The notes under the pieces: model-generated
What the model was told of the DNA's origin: nothing
Databases searched by the model: none
The model's input: the letters and a program-made list of their open reading frames with translations, nothing else
Shown: positions 1 through 12,192 of the stretch, piece after piece
Layout: the number at the start of each line of letters is the position of its first letter
Numbering within the stretch: the stretch's first letter is position 1
Made by a program: the position numbers and the translations under genes
DNA from: a candidate division WOR-3 bacterium UBA1063
Lineage (GTDB): Bacteria > Hydrothermota > Hydrothermia > UBA1063
Direction of reading: 5' to 3'
DNA: 64,000 nucleotides
Assembly (NCBI GenBank): GCA_002316275.1
Contig: DCDE01000009.1
Coordinates: forward strand, 15,349 to 79,348

Positions 1-1090
1 GTTCCAAAAATTCTTTTAGTCCCTCTACCAACTTTTGATTTTGTGAGGGTGTTCCTACCGTAATTCTAAGACAGGTAGGAAGGCTATAATTTTTAACTGG
101 TCTTACTATTATTCCCTTTTTGAGCAGGAAATTGTAAGGTTTATCGGAATTAATACCGAGATCTACAAGGATGAAGTTCCCCCATGATTTATAAAACTTC
201 AAATTCATTTTCGAAAATTCTTCATAAAGATATTCAAGGCCTTTTGAGTTCATCTCAACGGATTTTCTCACATGTTCGGTATCTTCCAGGGCATAGTAGG
301 CTGCTATTTGTGCCATTGTATTTACGTTAAAGGGAAGTCTTGTCCTCCCTAATGCATCAATAATTTCCTTCTTTGCGAATGCGTAGCCAAGTCTGAGCCC
401 AGCTAATCCGTAAACCTTAGAGAAGGTCCTGAGAACGATTACGTTTCTGCCTTGTTTGACGTAATCAATGGTTTCTTTAAAATGTTCTCCCCGTGCATAT
501 TCATAGTATGCTTCGTCCCAAACAACGATGACATCTTCGGGAACTCTTTTCATAAAATCTTCAACTTCGTCTTTTGGGCACAGGGTCCCCATAGGATTGG
601 TTGGGTTATCTATAAATACAACTTTTGTGTCCTCTTTGATGTCTTCTAAGATGAGGTTAAGGTCAATTTTGCCATCTTTCATTGGAGTTTCGATCACCCT
701 TGCGCCAACAATATCCCCTATTATCTTATACAATGAAAAAGATTTTTCTGATGTGACAATTGATTCTCCGGGATTCACAAAAGCAAGGTCTATCATCTGC
801 ATAATTTCAACAGAGCCATTACCTAAGATTACTTCATCGGTGCTAAGTCCATTCATTTCCGCAATTTTCTTTGTGAGACTGTATGCGGAATCATCGGGAT
901 ACAGGTTTAGTTCCTTTATATATCTTGACACCATTTCCATCGCCTTTGGAGAAGGGCCAAGAGGGTTTTCATTAGAGGCCAGTTTTATGATCTCACCCTT
1001 AATCCCGAGTTCCCTTGTAAGTTCTTCGATGGGTTTGCCCGGGACATAGGGCTTTACACTTCTGATTTTCCATCTGGCAAGATTATGCAT
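1..1090 (-). CDS. hisC: Histidinol-phosphate aminotransferase, 3' end truncated by the window edge
   Basis: The reverse-strand translation starting at ATG 1088-1090 reads MHNLARWKIRSVKPYVPGKPIEEL...IKLASNENPLGPSP, then TFSKVYGLAGLRLGY, and ends in ...TVGTPSQNQKLVEGLKEFLE. These are classic HisC class-II aminotransferase motifs. The ORF track omits it because no stop codon falls inside the window. Confidence 0.85.
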   Translation of the reverse strand, partial: MHNLARWKIRSVKPYVPGKPIEELTRELGIKGEIIKLASNENPLGPSPKAMEMVSRYIKELNLYPDDSAYSLTKKIAEMNGLSTDEVILGNGSVEIMQMIDLAFVNPGESIVTSEKSFSLYKIIGDIVGARVIETPMKDGKIDLNLILEDIKEDTKVVFIDNPTNPMGTLCPKDEVEDFMKRVPEDVIVVWDEAYYEYARGEHFKETIDYVKQGRNVIVLRTFSKVYGLAGLRLGYAFAKKEIIDALGRTRLPFNVNTMAQIAAYYALEDTEHVRKSVEMNSKGLEYLYEEFSKMNLKFYKSWGNFILVDLGINSDKPYNFLLKKGIIVRPVKNYSLPTCLRITVGTPSQNQKLVEGLKEFLE

Positions 1091-3153
1091 GTTCCCTCCA
1101 CAGGTTTATTTAAAATAAGCTGGTTTACACCGTCCAGATTTACAATAATTTTTGAATCAGGACGGGCAAAATGGAGCACCAAATGTCTACCTTTTAAAAT
1201 CGATATTGGGAAATCTTGGGAACGGATCTCCATCCCCATGATACTTTCCGTATAGTCATATTCCCTAAAATAAATTCCTGAAAATCCGAGATAAGAGAGT
1301 AGTCCAAGGAAGATTTTGAGTGCAGTGAACTTAGCAGAATCTTCTTCTGAAAAGTCACCCGCTGTGAGAAGGCCTCGCGTGTTAACTGCAATCCTTGGTC
1401 CCGGAAGTTGAATGATAAAATAGTTTCCATATTCGGACACTATCATCTCAGGCTCACTTTTAAGTGCTACCGATTCCTTTATCTTTTGAGCGAGCCTTTT
1501 TGATTCCTCGCTTCTTTCATAATAGAAGATGTAGAATCCGTCCTTAATACTCAATTTTGATGTGCTGATTTGAACGGCAAAGTCCACTTCTTGAAGTAGT
1601 GCATTCTTCACCTTTGTGTAATCATCTACCTCTTGCCAAGGGTATTTGCGTGTATTTATTGGTATACCACCTGCATATTTCAAGAGGCTTGTAAGATATT
1701 CGGATACCTTCCAACTGTGTCTCATGGCGATGCTGTCGAGAAGATCCCTGTTATCAACGTCTATGAGGACCTTCTTCCTCATAAAAACTCCGTTGTATGT
1801 TGGGGTTAAATAGACATCTTCGGGTTTCCCTTTAGTCAGGTTCTTATTAGTGTTATAATATCCGTCACAACAAAAGCTTACGTTTTCACCCTCACTATCC
1901 GTCGAGGATTCCAATTCGAAAATGCCAAATTCATTTGAAAAACTGGTTGTCCCTTCACAAGAGATCAGGGCCCCTTTTATAGGTTTTTTTGTCACTTCAT
2001 CGAAGACAAATCCTACCACATTCGACTTTCTATGTGCAACGTTTTCAACGCTGAGTCTTCCTTGTAAAGTTCCGACACTAAACTGAATCTGAATGTCGTC
2101 TTTAAGACCGCCAAGTAAGATATAAAAACAGCCATCACTGTCTGATATTTCCTTCTTTGCCTTGAGCGCACTTCCAACATCTTCCGGGCTGTAGATGCCT
2201 CTTCTCAAAGCCCTTATGCTTGCATCAAGTTTATCGATGCTCATTTTAACCCCTTCCGGGATAGGCATCAGATTCTTGTCCAGGACCTTGATCCTTATCA
2301 ATTGATGGTCTGTATAAGGGCTGATTGACGCTACAAAATAGTCCATTTTTGGATTCAGCTCTACGTCCTCAGTAACGTGGGGTATCCCTGCTCCATCTAT
2401 AGTTTTGCCAAGGATTTCGATCCGCCTTTTACCTGCTCTTAAAGTGCTTGTGTGGATTATCACGCTTTTTCTTCTCGTATAAAAAGTGTTAAATGTTTTT
2501 CCATCTATTCTTACATATACTAATTCTCGCGAAACTGGCTTTGAAAAGGTGAACCTAATTTCTTCATCCCTTATTTCAAACCCAAGATAGATGCATATTT
2601 TTTCTCTGCTAAGGTCGGAAAGGGCATCATAAATAATGTTTGCAACACGCTCAAGGCGACTAATATCTTTAAGTTTCTCTTCTTCCATAAGATTAGTTAA
2701 ATATGATACCTCGAGGAGTAGTCTTACCGGGATTTGACTATTTAAGACAGTATATCTTGAAGGTACGGGGAATTGGCATGGAATATCAAATTTAGAGCGA
2801 AAGCTTTCGTACAGTTTTTCAGCCAGATCCCGTGAAGGGCCTGTTTCTTCAAAGGGGTAGTATATTTCTGTTCTATTGATGTTAGTGTTGCCGAGGGAAT
2901 CGGCATTAAAATGAATGGATATAAAGACATCTGTTTCTTTTTCAGTTGCGAATGCAATTCTATTTTCAAGGGACAAAGATACATCCCCTTCTCTTGTGAG
3001 AAATACTTCAAAACGAGGCAAGAGCATCTCTTGCAGTATCTTAGAAAGTGAAAGATTAAGATCTTTTTCAAGAGTTCCAGAAAAACCTCTGCTGCCGGTA
3101 GCTTCCCCACCGTGACCAGGGTCAATTACAACTCGTAGTTTAGAAGAGCTCAT
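1054..3153 (-). CDS. Multidomain N-acetylmuramoyl-L-alanine amidase (N-terminal Amidase_3, a carboxypeptidase-regulatory-like beta-sandwich, large C-terminal region of unknown function)
   Basis: The N-terminus RVVIDPGHGGEATGS...DVFISIHFNA is the Amidase_3 (MurNAc-LAA) signature. Mid-protein GFVFDEVTKKPIKGALISCEGTTSFSNEFGIFELE looks like a CarboxypepD_reg domain. There is no N-terminal signal peptide, and a stop lies 4 codons upstream of the ATG. Confidence 0.7.
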   Translation of the reverse strand: MSSSKLRVVIDPGHGGEATGSRGFSGTLEKDLNLSLSKILQEMLLPRFEVFLTREGDVSLSLENRIAFATEKETDVFISIHFNADSLGNTNINRTEIYYPFEETGPSRDLAEKLYESFRSKFDIPCQFPVPSRYTVLNSQIPVRLLLEVSYLTNLMEEEKLKDISRLERVANIIYDALSDLSREKICIYLGFEIRDEEIRFTFSKPVSRELVYVRIDGKTFNTFYTRRKSVIIHTSTLRAGKRRIEILGKTIDGAGIPHVTEDVELNPKMDYFVASISPYTDHQLIRIKVLDKNLMPIPEGVKMSIDKLDASIRALRRGIYSPEDVGSALKAKKEISDSDGCFYILLGGLKDDIQIQFSVGTLQGRLSVENVAHRKSNVVGFVFDEVTKKPIKGALISCEGTTSFSNEFGIFELESSTDSEGENVSFCCDGYYNTNKNLTKGKPEDVYLTPTYNGVFMRKKVLIDVDNRDLLDSIAMRHSWKVSEYLTSLLKYAGGIPINTRKYPWQEVDDYTKVKNALLQEVDFAVQISTSKLSIKDGFYIFYYERSEESKRLAQKIKESVALKSEPEMIVSEYGNYFIIQLPGPRIAVNTRGLLTAGDFSEEDSAKFTALKIFLGLLSYLGFSGIYFREYDYTESIMGMEIRSQDFPISILKGRHLVLHFARPDSKIIVNLDGVNQLILNKPVEGTCIILPDGKSEV

Positions 3154-3397
3154 TTTATAATTCTAAAAGAAAAGGTTCGAATGTTCAAAAGTTCTTGCGA
3201 GTGTGAAGGATTTTAACCGTTATGCATTCCGTTAAACATCCATAGTGAAATTGATGATATTCAACGACAGAGGACCAAATTTGAAAAAACCTTTGAACTG
3301 GGCCATTTCGAAATAGTAATATCCTTTAACTGTTCTTGATATATCATGGCTTTGACGTTTTCTAATAGCTACATGACCTGTGATGGGGGATGTGTTA

Positions 3398-3613
3398 TTA
3401 TTTATTATTGCGTTTATATACCTCTATAAAGTGCTCTATCGATCTATCGTAAGTTCTCTCTGCTTCTTCAGGGAAATAGCAGGCGGGCAGCTCTCCGCTC
3501 CTTCTATGGTAGGCAATGCAGTCACAACACATCCCTTTCCTTTCACAGACGGGATAGGAACAATTGCACCTTTTACTTAAATTGGATTCTTTTTTACATT
3601 CCATCAGTCTCAT
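3398..3613 (-). CDS. Small Cys-rich protein (DUF6485-like, CxC...CxxxGxCCxC...H...LPACYF)
   Basis: The 71-aa ORF carries a dense Cys/His pattern, [32 protein letters not shown]. This resembles a conserved small cytoplasmic metal-binding family in anaerobes. It sits alone in an 850-bp gap. Confidence 0.4.
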   Translation of the reverse strand: MRLMECKKESNLSKRCNCSYPVCERKGMCCDCIAYHRRSGELPACYFPEEAERTYDRSIEHFIEVYKRNNK

Positions 3614-3993
3614 CCTCCTTTCAGAGATTATAATTTATAGGAAAATCGTTAAATATGCAATTATTTCTCATATTTCGCTTTTCCACGGCCTAAGACCTGA
3701 TTGCATGTTTCATATTTGCTCCTCTTAGCCATTTTTCAAGCCTCCATCCACTGTAGGATAGCCGTCTTGACTGATTTGTTTTTAAAGTTTCTCTTGGCAT
3801 TTACCCTTGTAATCCTTTACATAGCTTATTTCTACTTTACCTTGATAAGAGATTGTGCCCCACACCAACTAAATTATGATATTGTATTAAAGACTTTAGT
3901 ATCTGCTGAAGATACCTCTTACGGGTGGCTATTGTTGGAGGAGTCTCGTTTTTTGATGTTTCGTTTACTGCTCCTTATAATGCTTTTATATTT

Positions 3994-6191
<2,198 letters not shown>

Positions 6192-6195
<4 letters not shown>

Positions 6196-7022
6196 AAGAA
6201 GAACGAATAAAAAGGGTCCTGCTTATAGTTGGCATAGTACTTACCGTGTCGTTTTGCCTTTTGCCATTTATATATATGGTTATGGTGAGTTTTGCAAAGA
6301 ACGCCGATTTCTTATCTCTAAGTTCAAGATACGTATTTACAGTGAACAATTACAAAGAGGTATTGTTTAACGCAAACCTTCATTTTCTTGATTACCTAAA
6401 GAATAGTGCTATTGTTTCAGTTGTAAGTGCGGGTGTTGCAGTTCTTCTTGGAAGTTTAGCCGCTTTTTCCATTACTAGATTACCGTTGCCATTTAAAGGT
6501 CTCGTTCTCTTCGTTACCCTTTCTATGTCGATGTTTCCCCAGGTCAGCCTCGTAGGATTCCTTTTTAGTTTTATGACAAAACTAGGCTGGATTAATACTT
6601 ACCTTGCACTTATATTCCCATACATTGCGTGGGTTCTGCCACTTTCACTGTGGATTCTTGTCAGCTATTTTGCCAGTATTCCAAGGGATATTGATAAACA
6701 GGCTTTTATCGATGGTTGCTCTTCATGGCAGATTCTTTTTAAGGTCATTTGGCCCCTCGCGAGACCCGGTATCTTTTCAACCTTTCTTTTAGCTTTTATA
6801 TTTTCCTTTAATGAGTTTATGTTTGCACTCCTATTTACTACTGATCATAGGACGAGGACTGTTCCTGTGGGAATTGCACTGTTTCAAGGACTTCATGGTG
6901 AGATTCCATGGGGAACCATCATGGCTGCTGCTACAGTATCAACGTTACCTATAATTGTTCTGGTCCTTGTGTTTCAAAGGAATATTATTCAAGGTTTAAC
7001 AAGGGGAGCTGTAAAAGGATGA
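6192..7022 (+). CDS. Carbohydrate ABC transporter permease (MalG/ThuG-like)
   Basis: Polytopic permease of the same family, with a 4-bp overlap with the upstream permease. Confidence 0.85.
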
Positions 7023-8110
7023 GGCTGAGTTTATATGGGGTCACAAAGAAGTTTTTTTCTTTAAGGCGTATTATCACTGCTGTTGACGATGTCACTTTTG
7101 ACGTGCATAACGGAGAGTTTTTTGTGCTTTTAGGTCCGAGTGGCTGTGGAAAGTCTACGATTTTGAATCTTATTGCAGGCCTTGAGAAGCCTACAAAGGG
7201 TGAAATCTATTTCGACGATGAACTTGTAGCTTCTCCTGAGAAGAAGGTTTTCCTTTCACCCCGAGAAAGAAATGTAGCAATGGTATTCCAAAGTTATGCT
7301 CTTTATCCACATCTTTCTGTATTCGATAACATTGCGTTTCCTTTGAGGATTGCGAAAGAAAAAGAAGATACTATTGTTAAAGCGATTAATGACGTAGCTG
7401 AGATGCTCGGAATAACTGAGCTCCTTAAAGCAAAACCGGGCGAACTCTCTGGTGGCCAGAGGCAGAGAGTTGCAATAGCCAGAGCTATTGTTCGAAGACC
7501 AAGGATTTTTCTGCTGGACGAACCACTTTCAAACTTGGATGCTCAGTTGAGGCACACGATGCGTACGGAATTAAAATCTTTACAGAAAGAAATAGGAATC
7601 ACAACATTGTATGTAACTCACGATCAGATCGAAGCTATGACCCTTGGTGATAGGATAGCAGTACTGAAGGATGGCAAGGTCATTCAGGTTGGGACTCCAG
7701 AGGAGCTTTACGACTCTCCTTTAAATACTTTTGTTGCGACCTTTATTGGTACGCCGCAGATGAATCTTTTTAAAGCTGAACTAATGGAAGAAGATGGCAA
7801 ATTTTATATCATATTCGAGAGGAGTAAGATACTTGTACCATCACGCCGCATTACCTTAGGCACTTTTAGAAGTGGGCAAGAGATTATTGTTGGGATTCGG
7901 CCTGAGGATATTGAATTACTATCAACATCTGAAGGTGGGCATTTTCAAGGAAAGGTAGCTTCTGTTGAATACCTGGGGAGAGAACTACTTGTTCATTTTA
8001 CTACTAAAACAAGTAGGTTCAACGCCTTAGTAAGCGAGCGAATGGTGAAAGAAGGAGATGAAATAGTAGCGAGGATAAATGTTAATAGCTTGCATTTGTT
8101 TGAGGAATAG
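7019..8110 (+). CDS. Sugar ABC transporter ATP-binding protein (MalK/UgpC family with C-terminal regulatory/TOBE domain)
   Basis: Walker A GPSGCGKST, the ABC signature LSGGQRQR and Walker B IFLLDEP are all present. I place the start at ATG 7019 (MRLSLYGVTKKF), giving an ATGA overlap with the upstream stop. The track's longer 6908 start is unlikely. Confidence 0.9.
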   Translation: MRLSLYGVTKKFFSLRRIITAVDDVTFDVHNGEFFVLLGPSGCGKSTILNLIAGLEKPTKGEIYFDDELVASPEKKVFLSPRERNVAMVFQSYALYPHLSVFDNIAFPLRIAKEKEDTIVKAINDVAEMLGITELLKAKPGELSGGQRQRVAIARAIVRRPRIFLLDEPLSNLDAQLRHTMRTELKSLQKEIGITTLYVTHDQIEAMTLGDRIAVLKDGKVIQVGTPEELYDSPLNTFVATFIGTPQMNLFKAELMEEDGKFYIIFERSKILVPSRRITLGTFRSGQEIIVGIRPEDIELLSTSEGGHFQGKVASVEYLGRELLVHFTTKTSRFNALVSERMVKEGDEIVARINVNSLHLFEE

Positions 8111-8234
8111 TGAGATGCTACTGCTTTTGCGAAAGGTGAAGAGGTTCTTATGTGGATTTATCTATTAAAATTTGCTTAGAATATGGGAACCTATTATAAT
8201 CTAAACGTAAATATTTTTTGTAAAAGGGATAGGT

Positions 8235-9296
8235 ATGTTTAGTGAACTAAGATTACTAATCAAAATTGCGATTTATATCGGAGGTAGTTTAGTCTTAGGA
8301 CTTTTGATCGATAATGTTCTTGTGAAAAGATGGGTAGAATATTTTGCGAAAACTCAAAAGAGAATCCAAGAAATCTTATTTTCATCTTTGCGCTATTGGG
8401 TGGTGCTTTGGACTGTCTTAATTGGTACTAACTTACTTTTGAGGACGTTAGAACTAAGTGAAGTCTCATACGGATATATAAAAACCATATCCACAATATT
8501 GACTATAGCCTCAATTTCACTGGTTGTGGCAAGAGTTGTTGGGAAGCTTATAGACTTAAGTACAGAAAAGGTTCGTGGTGCGGTTCCAAAAGTAAGTCTC
8601 CTTTCTACTTTAGCAAAACTCCTGGTCTTATTTTTAGGTATTCTAGTCATATTAAATAGTATAGGAGTTTCAATTACACCTATTCTCGCCAGCCTTGGTA
8701 TTGGCGGGTTGGCAGTAGCCCTCGCACTTCAAGATACTCTTACGAATGTTATTGCAGGGTTACACATTATTCTCTCTAGAAATATTAAAGTGGGTGATTA
8801 TGTGGTGCTTGAAACTGGTGAGGAAGGATTTGTCGCGGACATTAGCTGGAGAAACACCGAAATACGTGAATTATCGAATAACTTAATAATTGTTCCCAAT
8901 TCTAAAGTTTCATCGTCGATAGTGAAAAATTATAACCTTCCCGAAGCCGAACTGTCAGTGCTTGTTCAGATAGGTGTAAGCTATGATAGCGATCTAAAGA
9001 AAGTTGAAAGGGTTACGATTGAAGTCGCAAGAGAAGTGCTAAGAGAAGTTTCCGGCGGGGTTCCAGAATTCGATCCACTTATAAGATTTCATACATTCTC
9101 TGAGTATTCGATTAAGTTTAGTGTTATTCTAAGAGCTAAACAGTATACAGATAACTTCCTTTTAAAACATGAGTTTATCAAAAGGCTTCATGAGCGCTAC
9201 AAGGAGGAAGGGATAGTAATCCCTTATCCTATAAGAACGGTTTATCTATCGGAATCTTCTGGCGTCTGGGCTCGTAAAAAAGAAGAGGGTACGTAA
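8235..9296 (+). CDS. Small-conductance mechanosensitive channel (MscS family)
   Basis: N-terminal TM helices precede the conserved MscS core LASLGIGGLAVALALQDTLTNVIAGLHIIL...VGDYVVL and a C-terminal beta domain. Confidence 0.85.
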   Translation: MFSELRLLIKIAIYIGGSLVLGLLIDNVLVKRWVEYFAKTQKRIQEILFSSLRYWVVLWTVLIGTNLLLRTLELSEVSYGYIKTISTILTIASISLVVARVVGKLIDLSTEKVRGAVPKVSLLSTLAKLLVLFLGILVILNSIGVSITPILASLGIGGLAVALALQDTLTNVIAGLHIILSRNIKVGDYVVLETGEEGFVADISWRNTEIRELSNNLIIVPNSKVSSSIVKNYNLPEAELSVLVQIGVSYDSDLKKVERVTIEVAREVLREVSGGVPEFDPLIRFHTFSEYSIKFSVILRAKQYTDNFLLKHEFIKRLHERYKEEGIVIPYPIRTVYLSESSGVWARKKEEGT

Positions 9297-9340
9297 ATTT
9301 TAAAGTTTGAAATAGTGTTTCTGGAATTAAAGAGAGTGCT

Positions 9341-11545
9341 GTGAGACTTGTGATCGTTTCAAACAGGCTTCCGTTTACCATTAAAGAGGAGATGGGTCGT
9401 TTTACATTTAAACCTTCTGCTGGGGGTCTTGTTTCTGGATTAAGTGCCTACCTTGACTCTCTCAGAGGTTCTTCTATTACAAGAAAACCATATCTTTGGA
9501 TTGGTTGGCCTGGTACTTATCTTAAAAAGGAGCATAGGGAAGAGATAAAAAAAGTGGCTTATTCAGAGTACCTCGCTTATCCGATTTTTATACCAGAAAA
9601 GTCAATGGACCAGTTTTATCATGGTTTTTGTAATAAGACTATATGGCCTCTTTTCCATTATTTCCCTTCTTATGTAGTTTATGAAGAGGGTTACTGGGAC
9701 CAATATAAAAAGGTAAATGAACTGTTTTGTGATGCTATGACCGAGGTTTTAAAGCCAGGGGATGCTGTTTGGGTGCATGATTATCACTTGATGCTTCTTC
9801 CAGGGCTTCTCAGAAATAGGTTCAGTGATATTCCAATAGGATTTTTCCTTCATATTCCCTTCCCTGCTTACGACATTTTCAGTCTCCTGCCCGGGAAATG
9901 GAGGTACGAAATCCTCTATGGCTTGTTGGGAGCTGATCTTATTGGTTTTCATACCTTTGAGTATACTCAGCATTTCTTGAACTGCGTATTGAGGATCCTT
10001 GGGTTAGAACACAACATGGGAGCTATTGAAGTAGAAGGAAGGTCGGTGAAGGTGGATGCTTTTCCCATGGGTATTGACTTCAAACGGTATAATAAATCTA
10101 GTTCATCGAAAAGCGTAAAGGCTCAAATGTTGGATCTGAAAAAGAACCTTGGTAGTCTTAAAACAATCATGTCCATTGACCGCCTTGATTATTCAAAGGG
10201 GGTTGTAAATAGGCTTCGTGGCTATGAAGTTTTCCTTGAGAAACATCCTGAGTGGCACGGAAAAGTAGTTCTTCTTCTTGTAGTAGTTCCTTCAAGAGTA
10301 GGGGTAGAGCACTATCAGCTGATGAAGAGACAAATTGACGAGCTGGTTGGCAAGATTAACGGAAGATTCGGTAGTATACAATGGGTTCCGATTATATATC
10401 AGTATAGACATTTGCCCCTCGAGCCTCTCACAGCTATATATAATGTCAGTGATATTGCACTTATTACACCTTTAAGGGATGGTATGAATTTAGTATGCAA
10501 GGAGTACGTTGCCTCGAGAGCTGATAAGAAAGGAGTTCTGATTTTGAGTGAAACTTGTGGCGCAGCCCGAGAACTTCTTGAGGCTATTATAATAAATCCT
10601 AACCATGAAGAAGAGGTTGCTGATGCTATTTTAAAAGGCCTTGAGATGAACGAAGAAGAACAACGGAAAAGAATGGATGCTATGCAATCAAGGCTCAAGT
10701 TATATGATGTGAATCAATGGGCTGGTACCTTTATTCATGTTTTAAACCAGGTTAAAAAGGATCAGAAGATTTTTCCCAATAGGATTTTAGGAGATACTGT
10801 GAGAAAGAGGATGGTTCAGGCATTCTCGAATGCTAAAAGCAGGGCTATCTTCCTCGACTATGATGGTACTTTAGCACCGTTTTCTCCTGCTCCTCGTTTC
10901 GCGGGACCTGACGCAGAAACCATGGAAATTCTTGAGGCTTTATCGAAGGACGAGAAAAATGTGGTGGTAATAGTTAGTGGGCGGGACAAAGGGACCCTCG
11001 ACGAGTGGTTCGGCAGCCTGAAAGTTAACCTTGTTGCTGAGCATGGGGCCTGGATAAAAGAAGAAGGAAAGGAGTGGAAGTTGATAAGACCCCTTGTTAA
11101 AAGCTGGAAGAATGGAATCAGGAGAATTCTTGATATTTACTCGCATCGCCTTCAAGGGTCTTTTGTAGAAGAAAAAGAATATTCCATCGCATGGCATTAT
11201 AGAGAAGCTAACCCAGAGAGTGCCTCAGCGGTAGTTAAGGAGTTAATTGATTATTTGGTTTATTTTACTTCAAATATAGATGTTCAAATCATAAGGGGCA
11301 GTAAAGTGGTTGAAGTGAGATGCGCCAGTGTTGACAAAGGGATTGCAGCAGTTTATTTCTTGTCACTAAAGCCGTTTGATTTTACGATGGCTATTGGGGA
11401 TGATTATACTGATGAGGATCTTTTCCGTGCTTTACCTCAGAAATCTTGGACAATTAAGGTTGGCACTGGAAAGACTGTCGCAAGGTATAACCTTAAGAAT
11501 TTCATGGAAGTGCGGGAACTCCTTCATTCGATTGTAAGACAATGA
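9341..11545 (+). CDS. otsAB: Bifunctional trehalose-6-phosphate synthase/phosphatase (OtsA-OtsB fusion, GT20 + HAD)
   Basis: The N-terminal GT20 domain shows VIVSNRLPF...AGGLVSGL...WVHDYHLMLLP. The C-terminal HAD trehalose-phosphatase domain shows AIFLDYDGTLAPF...VVIVSGRD...IGDDYTDEDLF. The start codon is GTG. Confidence 0.85.
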   Translation: MRLVIVSNRLPFTIKEEMGRFTFKPSAGGLVSGLSAYLDSLRGSSITRKPYLWIGWPGTYLKKEHREEIKKVAYSEYLAYPIFIPEKSMDQFYHGFCNKTIWPLFHYFPSYVVYEEGYWDQYKKVNELFCDAMTEVLKPGDAVWVHDYHLMLLPGLLRNRFSDIPIGFFLHIPFPAYDIFSLLPGKWRYEILYGLLGADLIGFHTFEYTQHFLNCVLRILGLEHNMGAIEVEGRSVKVDAFPMGIDFKRYNKSSSSKSVKAQMLDLKKNLGSLKTIMSIDRLDYSKGVVNRLRGYEVFLEKHPEWHGKVVLLLVVVPSRVGVEHYQLMKRQIDELVGKINGRFGSIQWVPIIYQYRHLPLEPLTAIYNVSDIALITPLRDGMNLVCKEYVASRADKKGVLILSETCGAARELLEAIIINPNHEEEVADAILKGLEMNEEEQRKRMDAMQSRLKLYDVNQWAGTFIHVLNQVKKDQKIFPNRILGDTVRKRMVQAFSNAKSRAIFLDYDGTLAPFSPAPRFAGPDAETMEILEALSKDEKNVVVIVSGRDKGTLDEWFGSLKVNLVAEHGAWIKEEGKEWKLIRPLVKSWKNGIRRILDIYSHRLQGSFVEEKEYSIAWHYREANPESASAVVKELIDYLVYFTSNIDVQIIRGSKVVEVRCASVDKGIAAVYFLSLKPFDFTMAIGDDYTDEDLFRALPQKSWTIKVGTGKTVARYNLKNFMEVRELLHSIVRQ

Positions 11546-12192
11546 ATCCCTTTGTATTTTATACGAAATTGAACCTTACATTTTTAACAAATGTGAGGGC
11601 AAGAAATATAGTGGAACTCCTGGAAGGGCTCAAGATATCTCCTGATTCGGTAATCTATCACCATACTCATAGATTCTTACAGCAGCATGTTTACATTTCT
11701 CCCGAGCCTCCGAATGATTTCGCTTTCTGGACTCAAAATACGCTGCATGAGAGCATTCTCGCTGAGAGACTCGAGGCTATTAATATTATTGAATTTAAAA
11801 CTCTTGCCGAGTTAAAAGAAAGATTGATAAAAACTATTGAAGATTATTTAAAGGAAGGTCCAGAGATTAGGAATGCTCCACCCGGTATGGAGTTCCATTT
11901 TATGAAGTCAAAGAGCTTCGTTATTAAAACAGGATTTAATGCAAGTAATCTCTTAGAGTTTTATGAAACTTTAAAAATTGTTGATATACAAACGCTGTAT
12001 TTCCATATGTTTGAGGCGAGAATGCGCATGGGAAAGGGGGACAATGATTTTTCTATATGGCTTCGCAATACCTTAGGAGAGAAGGAAATTGCTGATGCTA
12101 TTTCAAAACTTGATCCATACACAGTTACCCTTGAAGGGTTGAGAAAAAATATATTGAATATCATAGAAGAGAGGATACATGAGAAGGATTGA
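11542..12192 (+). CDS. Conserved hypothetical protein embedded in the trehalose synthesis operon
   Basis: This 216-aa ORF has an ATGA overlap with the otsAB stop, and its stop overlaps the start of the downstream GT4 gene by 14 bp. I see no recognisable catalytic or HTH motif. Confidence 0.5.
   Translation: MNPFVFYTKLNLTFLTNVRARNIVELLEGLKISPDSVIYHHTHRFLQQHVYISPEPPNDFAFWTQNTLHESILAERLEAINIIEFKTLAELKERLIKTIEDYLKEGPEIRNAPPGMEFHFMKSKSFVIKTGFNASNLLEFYETLKIVDIQTLYFHMFEARMRMGKGDNDFSIWLRNTLGEKEIADAISKLDPYTVTLEGLRKNILNIIEERIHEKD

Noticed and set aside
528-1049. 173-aa plus-strand ORF from the track
   Set aside because: It lies entirely antisense to the clearly supported hisC gene on the minus strand. 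Its low-complexity S/I-rich translation is typical of a shadow ORF.
6908-7018. Extended N-terminus (6908 start) for the ABC ATPase
   Set aside because: The extension is Cys/Gly-rich with no homology to ABC proteins. ATG 7019 gives the canonical N-terminus and an ATGA coupling with the permease gene.
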